Positions 7,149 through 17,659 of a stretch of 20,000 bases of DNA are shown in pieces; position 1 is the stretch's first letter, and each line of letters begins with the position of its first letter. Location of the stretch: NCBI GenBank assembly GCA_010015585.1, contig ML975160.1; one strand, written 5' to 3'. Source of the stretch: Eremomyces bilateralis CBS 781.70 (taxonomy: Eukaryota). The notes beneath the pieces are model-generated. The model was not told the origin of the DNA. It saw only the letters and a list, made by a program, of their open reading frames with translations, and searched no databases. A program made the position numbers and the translations under genes.

Positions 7149-10100
7149 CTACAACTGAATCATATCCACCGGGCTTTGATCTGGCGGTGCCCCCCCAAAC
7201 CGCACGTTCCCCACCTTGTCCACCCGCGCCCGCTCGTTGCTGATCCAGATATACTCCTGGCTCAGCCGCTGCGTGCGCCGGATCTCGTCGTCCGCCACCC
7301 CCAGCCCGTCGCGCGGCACCCACACGCACGGCCGCACCGCCCGCAGCGCCTTGTGCCGGAACGCGTAGTTCACCAGCTTGTCCCGCTCCTCCGGCGTCAT
7401 GTCCTCTAACGCCGTGTCGTAGTTGCCGTAGATGAGGTCGCCGATCGCGTCGATGCGCGACTTCTTGCCCGAGTCGGGGCCTTGCGCTTCGATGTCGATG
7501 GCGCCGGTGCCGAGGGGCCGTCCGCTGGCGCCGTCGTTGCCGAGGACCGTTTTGAGGGCTTTGTTGGTGCCGCCGATGGCGCCGTCGATGGCGCCCTCGA
7601 TGAAACCGCCAGGTCCGCGGCGGGAAGGGGGTTCGTGGCGGGAGGGGGGCTCGTCGGGGTTCGGGGGAGTGGGGAGGCGGAGGCCGCGGGGGCGGCGGCC
7701 GAGGAAGGCCGGCATCTGGGCGGTCTCGGCATGGTGCGAGAGTCGACGGTTTTGCGGGTCGGACCGATCGGCCCAAGACTTGCGAGTCGGGTGCGATCCC
7801 CAGGTGGTGGGTTTGAAAGGCTTAGAGGTGGTATTCCGCGGGCCGTCGGGGTGCGAGCTGACGCCACCCGTCTCTTTCTCGTCATGCCCGTCATATTCAC
7901 CAGGAGACAGTGAAATGGGACGACCGAGTGGGTCGAGAGTGTGGCCCGACTTTCTTTTCTCGATCTGAGCAAGCTCGATCGCTTCCGCAGCCTTATCTTC
8001 CTGCTCCTCATTCCTTTCACGCTGTTCCAAGACGACTTGGATGTTGTCCTCTACGGTTTCGTCCACATCCAGCTCCCAGCGCTGACCGTTGGCACGCTCA
8101 AACTCCTCATCACGTCGAACCGCATCATCTTCCATGGTGATCGGTATATATCGGAATAACGGCCCAAACGCATCATTTAGGAGATACTGGTAGAGGATCG
8201 TGAGGGCCAGGAACACGACCATGATGATCGCCTGAGGAAGGCAAGCAGGATTATTATCTGGGGTCTGTGCAAGAAGGAAAAGACCGACGAGGCACAGTTC
8301 CATGACGTAGACACCGGTGAAGAGCTGATTGACCGCACGAGGGAAAAGTAGGCCGCCGGTATCGAGTTCGAAGCGGAAGACGTACAACGTCTGGTAGCGG
8401 TACACAATCCAGAACAGGCTGAACGTGATGATGTTGAACACGAGAATGAGCGGAGAGATGACGGAATAGATGATTCCTGTATCAGTTAGTTCCATACGGC
8501 GTCGGGATTGGAAAGCGAAACTCACCAATGGCAGCAAGATTGGTATAGACGGGGAAGAACGTTCCCCAGGGTACCTTGGTTAACTGGAGTTGCCTCTGCC
8601 ATTTCTGTCGTGCGGTGGAATCGAGGATCGGGGCAAGCAGAAAGAATTGTATGAGCCCGCCGATTTGCATCAGCGCACCAGCGCTGACAGTCAATGCTTG
8701 GAGGATCATGTAGGAGAAGAAGTAGTTGGACGACTTCGGCAAGTTGCTCGCTAGGGTTTGCGGAACCGACAGCGGATTCGATATCAGGGCCTCGACCGTG
8801 GCACCGATGCTGGACGAGATAGAAACGATCAGGAAGACTTGGATAAACAAGAATGCGAAGTAATAGTTCTGGACCGTCTGCTCGATCTGCATCCCGGTCT
8901 GGATGCCTTGGAGGCGGGCGAGTAGACGAAGGATGACGGGCAATAGCGCGAGGAGGATCGCCAAGAACAGCGGCGGGAGGATACCTTGGATGATGGAAAT
9001 AACGGTTTTCGGCAGATCGTTCATCCAATTCAGGAATTTGAAGGTTTCGGTGAGGTAGTTGACTTGCGACAACAGACCGGTCACGGAAATGGGCAACGCC
9101 CAGGCGATGATAATCCCAACAATCGAGACGATGACGATGCCGGTTCGGATCATCCCCTCCCACCACTTCACGCTCAGGTTGTCCCATATGACATCTTTGG
9201 GAGCAATCTCGACCACGCGGGGAGCCATATGTTTCGGGATGTGGTGGCTAAGCGCTTGACAAGCCATATGTGCGGCGACTTGATGATTGAACTGGATGAA
9301 AGCGGAACTCATCTTGGGAAAGTCCTCCGGGTGTTGCTGATCCTTTTCGATCTCGGCGTTTAATTGTGCCAGTCGCCGGCGGGCGTAGTAGATGGTATCG
9401 ACTTTCTTGCCCAGGAGAGGGATGGACGGGCACCACGTCTTGTTGAACAAGGGAAGTCGCATCGTCTCGCGGTCTTTGGGTTTCAGGTACTTCCTCCATG
9501 CGGCGTCGATGTCGACCTCCGGGTGATCGGTGGGATCGTAAAGAGCATCGTAGGCCGTTGGATATGTCGTGACTCGTCGCTTCATCGTCGTCTTGGGCAG
9601 ATCCTTCTCGTTCAAACTCGGATTAGTCCTTGTCGGTGCCCTTGCATGCGTACCAAAATCAGAGGCGTCGGCATGCGGATCGACCACAGTGGCTTCCGAC
9701 GGACGGCCCTGCTTTTCCGGCTCATCAACGCCATCTTGTCCCAAGCCGTCACGATGTGGATCCGAGCCATCCTGAGATCTCAAAGGGCGATCAGACGAGG
9801 CATATCGTACGGAATAACCCTCATCATCCAGGTCATAGGATTCTCGATAGGGGTTGTCCTCAGCATTTGTTGGTCCTTTTCCCCCGCGTTTTAGACCTGC
9901 GAAGACGACACCGCCCGCTTTGCCGAATCCACGCCCGACCGTTTCAAACCCACGCCCAATGGCGTTAAGCCCTTCGCCAATAACCGGCACAGCCTTCAGT
10001 TTGCGTTCTTTTTCCGTCTTCTGTTCGCCCGGATCCAGCATACCGTCCCGCACGGCGTCTTCGATGGATTCTGGGATCTGATGCGGGTTTCCGGCACTGA

Positions 10101-11105
10101 TACCCTCGCTATGAGTCGCGGCTCGTTGTTCCTGTGCATCTTCGGCCTCGCGATCGCGCTTCCTCTGCGATCGGGACCTCTTCACGCCGGCGGCCTTCAG
10201 CTCCTTTGCCTTTATTTTGGCGTGCTTCTTCACGCAAGTCTGGATCAAGACCGTCTCGGCGGACTCCAGGATCTTCGCATACTTGTCACGCATGGCCACC
10301 TTTTCCGATAGTTCGTCGAAGTTCCGATTGATCCAGATGTTACGGACGCCTCCTGGGAACACATCGTACAGGGCGCCCAGAGCATCCTCGGTGAGCCACT
10401 TGTGAGGGATATTGCTGACGAGAACCGTTGTAGCCGACGCCCGTAACCGATGCTGCGGGGACGTCAAATACGCTTGGCGCAGCCGAACATATTTCCGCAG
10501 CTCGTCATAGAAGGTGTAACAGACGTAAATAATGACGAGAATGGCAAGGCACAGGTGGGCCCAGAATCGTTTGTATTCGGTCCGGCCAACATTCTGCCAG
10601 CCAAAGAGGTCCATCCCAGAAGTGTTTTCGGTGTGGGTACCGATGCTGTTGAGCGGTAGAAGGATGGGGAGGATGACTAGAGCGAGGGGAAGGAATATCT
10701 TCAGAAGCATCCGCAGATATCGTAGGAAGAGATATGCGTCGAGGCCGCATTTGTGGATGAATTCCGAGTTGGAGGTTTTGAGGACTGGTATGATCCATCG
10801 TATCAGTCCCGATGGGGCTGCCGCTATTCGTTCTCGTTTCGGAACGAGAAATGTTCTCGGCGCACTGGTGTATTGTTAGGCATCATCTCCTGAATAACCA
10901 CCTATAGAGATACATACTAGATTCTTGCGAAGCGCCCTTTGAGGATAAAAAAGGCCAGCAATTCGATGGAAAAGACCACAAGGGCGGTGGCGAGCGACGC
11001 GACGAACGCAGCAAAGGAAATGTTCTCCTTCTCTTGACCTTGACCGCCGCCCGATGTGAAGGGATTCGCCAAAGAGGTGGACGTACTTTCAGGTGTATCC
11101 GCCAT
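7149..11105 (-). CDS. OSCA/TMEM63/CSC1-family (DUF221; RSN1/PHM7-like) calcium-permeable stress-gated channel, about 1284 aa; exons 11105-10918, 10864-8526, 8476-7149
   Basis: N-terminal TM followed by RI|YAPRTFLVP and GLDAYLFLRYL (RSN1_TM), TVLVSNIP and SAFIQFN (PHM7_cyt), APKDVIWDNL, YFAFLFIQVFL, LPKSSNYFFSY, YSVISPLIL and DTGGLLFPRAVNQLFTGVY (RSN1_7TM). Introns 10917-10865 and 8525-8477 are GT-AG with CTAAC branch sites. Exons sum to 3855 nt. Confidence 0.93.
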
Positions 11106-11456
11106 GTCGGGTGAGATACCGATGCGCAGCCGTTGGCGGGGAGAGGAGCTATACTAGGAGGATGGCGAGGACGCGGGATTCAGGAGGGCGGCTCTGGATA
11201 TCTCTTGCTATGGGTCGGATGGTGTACAGCTAAGTCGATACTTCCAGAGCTGTCATGAAGAGCGAATCTCGTAGAGCAACAATAGAAGGATGTAAACGCG
11301 AGGTAATGGCAAGGGAGGGGTGCTGTCGATCCGAAATGCAAGACTAGTACGGGGATGAGGTCAGAGGTGTAGTAGACGAAGATAAAGAACCGACTAAAGG
11401 AAGAAGTGGAATAATCATAGAAGAAAGGTCGCAAAAAGCATCGCTACATCACCGAT

Positions 11457-11477
11457 CAACCAGCAACCAGCAACCAG
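11457..11477 (+). repeat. 7-bp tandem repeat (CAACCAG)x3
   Basis: Read directly: caaccag caaccag caaccag, upstream of the CSC1-family gene. Confidence 0.8.
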
Positions 11478-11567
11478 GAATCAGAGGGTATACGTGAAGA
11501 AGTGGAAGTCAAACAGGTTTCGTGCGTAATAGGTTTGTTCACCTCCAAGAAAGTGAACCGACATCGT

Positions 11568-11607
11568 CACGCTCCCAATTCCCACGCTCCCAATTCCCAC
11601 GCTCCCA
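11568..11607 (+). repeat. 15-bp tandem repeat (CACGCTCCCAATTCC)x2.7
   Basis: Exact copies at 11568-11582 and 11583-11597, partial copy at 11598-11607. Confidence 0.85.
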
Positions 11608-12223
11608 CCAGCAGTCCAGCCTGAGGTAGCGAATTACCGTCGCGGAAATTGAGGCAAGGGCCGCCCGGGGGCTTGCCTGATTGCAGGCGCGTGTTGGTGA
11701 ATTGGCGTCATCATGCGCCGACCCGCCCAATCAGCGGTTCCCTGAATGCGGCTCATTCGCTCGGCCCAGGGTTGGGCGGGGGTCTGTTTGGGCCCGACCC
11801 CCTGGACCCCCCGACCATTGGCCCCGCTTGTTTCCTGGATTCGTCCCATGGTGCTTGGCAGGCTCCTGGTGCCCCCACCCTGTGGCACGCTGTATCACCT
11901 TCTGAATCTTATCCCGCGCTCACCAACATCGGACAGTGTACATGTAATACATACAGACGGGAACATACTTCATATCAGAGACTCCAAGAATCAAGTGCAC
12001 GGAGAGTGTCTTGGATGCAGAACTCAACGGTCGATCCTTACGGTTGATTGGAACCATTCACAGAATCACATCTAGCATTCCTTCTCCAACAGTTCGTTTT
12101 AATCCATGTAATACAGTTGCTGTGCAAGCGTGTGGTAATACAGATAATTTAGATAGTCTAAGCAGTAACAATCTACCCTTCTCCCCATCGATCGGGAATG
12201 CAAATCTATCTCTGGCACGTTAT

Positions 12224-15200
12224 TTATTTCGCTCCCCGCTCCTCCCTCAACCGCTCCGCCTCCGCCTCCTCCTCCCGATTCCTCCGCTCCTCCCGCTCCA
12301 GTTGATCCGCCCGCCGCACCGCGATGTCCTTCGGCCGATAGTCGCTGAACAGCCGCTTGAGCACGAACTCGATGATCCAGCACCCCGCGTAGTCCACCAC
12401 CATCGTGGTCGTCATGACGAGCTTGAACTCGCTCGTGAACGGGACCAGCCGCAGCTTCTCGTTGATCTCCGGGATGAACTCCGTCGCGCACGAGAAGGCG
12501 ACGGCGGCGACGAGGATGATGCCCCAGTACATGCCACGGTTCTCGCGGATGGATTCGCGGAAGGGGCGGCCTTGGTAGTTGATGGCGAAGGTGGAGATTT
12601 GCTGGATGAGCTGGAGGAGGTAGATGGCGCTGTTGAGGAGGGACGGCTCGAATTCGCCCTCAAGGTCGATATCCAGGTCTTTTCTGCAGAGACGGTCAGT
12701 AAATGGCCCGAACGGATGCTAACTTTCGTAGTGACTTACGGTTCGGTCCGCTGCACATATTGCGAGATGTAGATCAATGTCACGATATGGATCGCAAATT
12801 GCCCAAGGACAGAGCCAACGATATATGGGTTGAAGATGTTGTTCTGTGGCCGCTCTTTGGAGAGCTTGTCGACCGACTGCAAATGAATTAGCACTCACGC
12901 CCAAACCAACCATGGCGCAGTCGACTTACCTTCGCTCTCGAGATAGACAGGAAACACACGCTCATCATCATCCCGCTGATCGTCACCTGACCATCCCCGA
13001 ACTTGATGCCATCCAGATACAGCACGCTTAGACTGTATGCGCTGATCAAACAGTTCAGCGCGAGGATCTTGTACATCTGAATCGTAGCCACCAATGTGCA
13101 TCGCCCTTGTCGAATGATGTTGGGAATGGCGATAACGTTCGACAGCTTGCTCGTGAACGGGGCTGCACAGGACGCGTCGCCAAGCTTGATGGTCGGGGGT
13201 TCGTTCTCGTCCAGTTCGGTTTCCATCATGGTCTTTTGCCATTGATCGACCATGTTTTTCATGCTGGCTTGCGTCGCGGGCTGCTCCGGTTCGTCTGAAT
13301 TCCTGGCCACAGTAGTATCGGCTGGCGCCGCAATGGCCCCGTTCGCCTGTCCTTCCTTTTTGGCGGCCTCTCGCAGGATGGCCTTCTCATAATGAGGATT
13401 CAAGGGGCCGGGAGGATACAGGTGCGCGATGAGGACGGGGACCGGCGGCGCAGGTTGGTTGAAGCGCTTCATGAGGGTAACCTGCTTCTCGTAGATTTCC
13501 TTCATCTTGGTGTTCCGGAAGTGATCGCCAATCTTCGCCAAATCCTGTTTGGTGCCGTTCAGCAGCGCCACGCCAACGTGCGCCTGCTTCAGAGCTCCGA
13601 CATCGTTCGTACCGTCACCGCACATCAGCGTGGTATACCCTTGGTCTTTGAGGCCCAGAAGAATGTCTTCCTTCTGCTTGGGGGAAACACGGGCGTAGAC
13701 CCAGGTATGCCGTAGGATTTGCGGCCATGCCTTCTGGTCCTGGAGCTTCGCCAACGCGTAACCCGTCACGCAGAGATCCTTGGTCCTCAGGATCTCCGGG
13801 TCAAGAGGCAGGGTTGGATCGACAGGGATGTTGACCTTATCGTCGGTACTACGCCAAACCAGGTATTTGCCGCTATTGTCATGCTCTGGCGCGTCGAGGA
13901 TCAAGGTGTCGCGATCCACGATCTCGACTTGCTTCGCAACATGTACTGCCGTAAGGGGGTTGTCGCCGGTAATCATGATGCAGCGGTGGCTACTTTCGTT
14001 CAACATTCGGATCGACTTCACCGCGTCGTCTTTTAGGGGTGTTTGTAGGACGAGGAACCCCGCAAAATGCAGATCGCATTCTACTTCTTCCCTCTTCAAG
14101 TGGTTGATCCGGCTCTGGCCGATCTCGCCATCCTGGCTCAGGTATTTGTATCCCAGCGCCAACACGCGGCCTCCGTTTCGAGTGAAGTACTTGAAGGTCT
14201 CCTCATACTTGGGAGGGATGTCAACCAGCATGTCCCGAATCGTTTCTGGGGCACCCTTCACAGCCGCAAATGTCGACTTCGCCCTCTTACCCGTCTTCCG
14301 ACTTGTCGTGACCACAGTGGCGACAGAGCTTTGTCGCTTAAGAGCAGATGAGAACTGGAATCGCCGTTTGATCTGGGCCGTGTCTGCATGCGTGGCATAT
14401 CCCGAACCATGCGCTGCGGTCTTGACTTTGCTGGAAAGCGTGTCGTTCTTCCCCAATAACCATCCAAGGGATGCGAGAGTGGCCTGTTCCATGGGTTCAC
14501 CTGCCATCTCTCCATCGTCGAGCTTCACCAGTGCATGCGCAGTGGCAAGGACAAGGGTGGTTTCAGGTCCGGCATCGATCGTTGGAACAAGTCGAGTCTG
14601 CGCCCCGTCCGATTCGCACTTCACTCCTGCCTTGCCTAATTCGAGTCCAGCTACTCCATCAACGACAAGGTCCTCTCCAGTAAGCGTACCGGTCTTGTCG
14701 AAGCAAGCGACATCAACACGACCAGCGAATGGGATGCGGAACGGCTCGGTGCAGAAGATCGCATACTTGCTCAGAGCGGCAAGACTGGTGTTGACCGCCA
14801 AACTCAGTTCCATGGGCAGCTCTGGGGGGACCACGCTGGTGATAATCAAAACGCAATCGAGTAGAAGCTTGGTGCGCTTGCGGTCCCTGACAACACCCTC
14901 GTTCCAGACATACCATGAAGCGGCAAGGGCAAACATGAGGAGGAAGAGAATGAATAGCAGGGCTTCGACGTTGTTCGCGGACACCCGTTCGGTAGAGAAG
15001 ATCATCGTACGGACAAGAGCGCCTTGGTTGGTCTCGAAACCTGTCTTGACGACAACAGCCATTGCACCATTGTCTGGAGGGCGAGGAACCCCGGATTTCG
15101 GCTTCTCAGTCGCCTCCGTGCCGTCGTCGGATTGAGTTCCGTGGGCGACCTGGAGTACTTTTGTTCCGCCGTAAAGAAATGAGTTCTTGTCCAAACCCTC

Positions 15201-16199
15201 CGGTTCTACGCGAGCGTTGCCCGGACGAAGCTGGATGGAGTCCTTCAGAATCGGCGTGCTCTCCCCGGACAACATGGCTTCATTGACAATGGCGGTGCCT
15301 TCGACCAGAATCATGTCACAGGCGACCCCGCTGTCTTCTTTTGTCCTTCCCGCCGAGACCAAGTCCCCAGGTAGCAGCTTGTCGCTCTGGATTTCCGCCC
15401 ATTTCCCTTTCCGGTACACATAAAGATTGTAGGGTTTGATGTTCATGCCCCGGAATTCACTCAGGGTACGTTGCCTCTGCCAGACGACCGTGCTCTCGAA
15501 TGTCACCAGCATGAACAGGGTGAAAAGCGAGTAGTACCAGTATTCGTCAAGCATCCAGAGTCCGACGCAGAAGATTTGGAAGACGAAGAACGGCGCAACG
15601 GCGTGTTCTTGGAAAAGCTCCGTGAACGTTGGCACCGGAATATCAAATGTATTGTCTCCATAATGCTCTTGCAATCTCCTGATATCCGCCTCGGTGCGAA
15701 GCCCTTGACATTCTTGGAACACCTGTAGTTGTGGTTTGGGCTCCGAATCGACGGCGAAGGACAGAGGAGCGAAGTCGCCCGTTTCGGTACGGTAGAGGAA
15801 ACGACGTTTCTGGAAAATGAAGGATAAATTTTGCTTTCCACCAACACTGTCCCTCTTGAGAGTACATATCTCAGCCGACCCAGCATTCGCTATCGGGATG
15901 ACCTTGATCAAGGCGGCAGTCCGCACATCCTTTGCGGAGGTCGAGGTGAAGAGGGCCTTGGTGTTAACATCCCATTTGGTGGTCAGCCAAACCAGGGCCT
16001 GGATCGAGAAGATGGAGCCTATCCAAACAAAGCTCCATTCCGAAGCCTCAATATATTCGTCATAGAAATCCTCGTTGAGCCACAGCGCAAAGAACGCGGG
16101 CCAGATGATCAAGAACGGCCAGACATAAGCGTGCAGTCCGATCGGAAGCGGATTGTGGAGGCTCGCGGCTTTGATCTGGGGACTGTCGATGAGTGGCAT
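12224..16199 (-). CDS. spf1: ER P5A-type ATPase Spf1/Cod1 (ATP13A1 orthologue), about 1288 aa; exons 16199-12930, 12876-12740, 12683-12224
   Basis: Motifs LSGESTP, PPELPMEL (P5A), FDKTGTLT (phosphorylation site), KGAPET, MITGDN, MCGDGTNDVGALKQA, KLGDASCAAPFTSK and C-terminal NYQGRPFRES. Introns 12929-12877 and 12739-12684 (GTAAGT...CAG). Exons sum to 3867 nt. The first ATG is at 16199 (MPLIDS...). Confidence 0.96.
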
Positions 16200-16708
16200 C
16201 GTGCCAGAAGAACGGGGTGAAGGATTAGGAATTAGGACATGTGGACAGTGCAAAAGTTCCGAATGGAAGAGAAAGTCGAGGCCAGATCGACGCAATGAGA
16301 TGAAAGTCAATGGCTTGTCGTAGCTGCGGATGGAACGCGCCGCTAACAAGACTGAACACCACAGGAGAACAAAATCGCCACACCCGCCAAGCCTCAACTG
16401 GCAGGGGCTGCCGTGGCCTGTCGCTGCCTGGGCGCTGCTGTGGCGCTCCGGGCTCGGAGCGGAGCCACATTTGACATTTCACATATTTTCAGCCACACCT
16501 CCGATGGCACTCCTGAGGCAATTTATCCTCACCCAATGTACAGCACAAAGTAGAGCTGTTCTGTAGCACCTTAGAAGTTAGAACACTAAGGAGGACCTGA
16601 TGCAATTCGGGCGCTGATCGCCTTGTGCACAGTCATGTAACTTCCCCCTGCGTGATGGGACACCCGCCGTGCTGGAACGAATCTGAGGTACTTTGACTTC
16701 AAACCTAC

Positions 16709-17128
16709 TCAGTCTCCACAGTCTACACATATTACAATTCTTATACTCCGTAATCCTATGTAAATTGCGCTCTTCAGCTATTTTCCAACACACCGAACTG
16801 TGCCTATCTTAAGTTCATATTCAAAAGCTTGGCTGCTAGTTAGCTGATTTCCGCAGAGTACACGAAGTGCATCTTGGATACCGCGACAGTATTTCCATGC
16901 TTTAACGCCACTATCATCTTCTTTTCCTTTAAAAAAGATATAAAAAGAATCAGTCCAAGTCATCAAAACCGATCATAATGCTAGAAAGCCTTCGTCCAAA
17001 GTATACGTTGTGTTAAAAGCAATTTCAAACATTTCTTCCACGCAGGTCGGTACGTACTTGCAGTCGATCAAACTTCCACTTTTAGCGATCCGAATAGGCA
17101 AGGGATTAATAATACACGAGTATTTGTC
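16709..17128 (-). pseudogene. Possible decayed gene fragment (140 codons, two internal stops) in AT-rich DNA
   Basis: One frame reads DKYSCIINPLP...DEGFLAL*SVLMTWTDSF...VRCVGK*LKSAIY...DCGD* with internal TGA (16975-16973) and TAG (16780-16778). No family recognised. Confidence 0.3.
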
Positions 17129-17659
17129 CTAAGTTGCCGCTGTCAAGCAGACTCTCTAATCCTCTATGGCCTTGGCAGACCAACACTCTTGGGTGATGCG
17201 GAGTGTCCCTGTGCAAAGGGACGAGCGTTACAGGAGATGGGACTAGAGCGGCAACCTAAAAGGTCAGTTAACTTAATAGAGACATGAATTTGAACGACCA
17301 GCCGCACATCCATGCTTTTCGATGACCTCCAGCTGAGACGATCTTGAACGGAAGTCAGCCGTGTGGATCATCGACTTATCGACGTTATATGCCAACCAAC
17401 CCCAATGATGTTAAACATGTACGAGATGATGGAGAGGGGTCGCAAATTATCTGCGTCGCCAAACCACAGCTCTCTCGATATCAGCTGGTCTTGGTGCAGC
17501 TTGGCTTTGCGTTTCCGAAAGCTCCTGCACAGCCTTGCGCCTCGTCACATTGTTCATCGCAGTCCTTTTTAATGCGTCTACGATTCAGCTAATATGTCGT
17601 TCGAATATTCCAGAGCAGCCGTCATGATTCCTTAATATTGACGATTACTGCGGCCAACG

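Noticed and set aside
7066..8020. Overlapping Pro/Arg/Ala-rich ORFs (236, 204, 178 and 143 aa)
   Set aside because: Alternative-frame products of the very GC-rich 3' end of the CSC1-family gene.
11568..11607. CRISPR-like or transposon-terminal interpretation of the repeats
   Set aside because: Eukaryotic DNA, head-to-tail units without spacers, and no transposase, TIR or LTR seen in the window.
13780..15135. 451-aa plus-strand ORF, and the 253-aa ORF at 12011-12772
   Set aside because: Both lie antisense to spf1 coding sequence, have non-ATG starts and show no recognisable domain; explained by the host gene's codon bias.
16200..16397. 66-codon N-terminal extension of spf1 in the ORF track
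   Set aside because: It starts at TTG and does not resemble P5A ATPases; the first ATG at 16199 gives a normal N-terminus.
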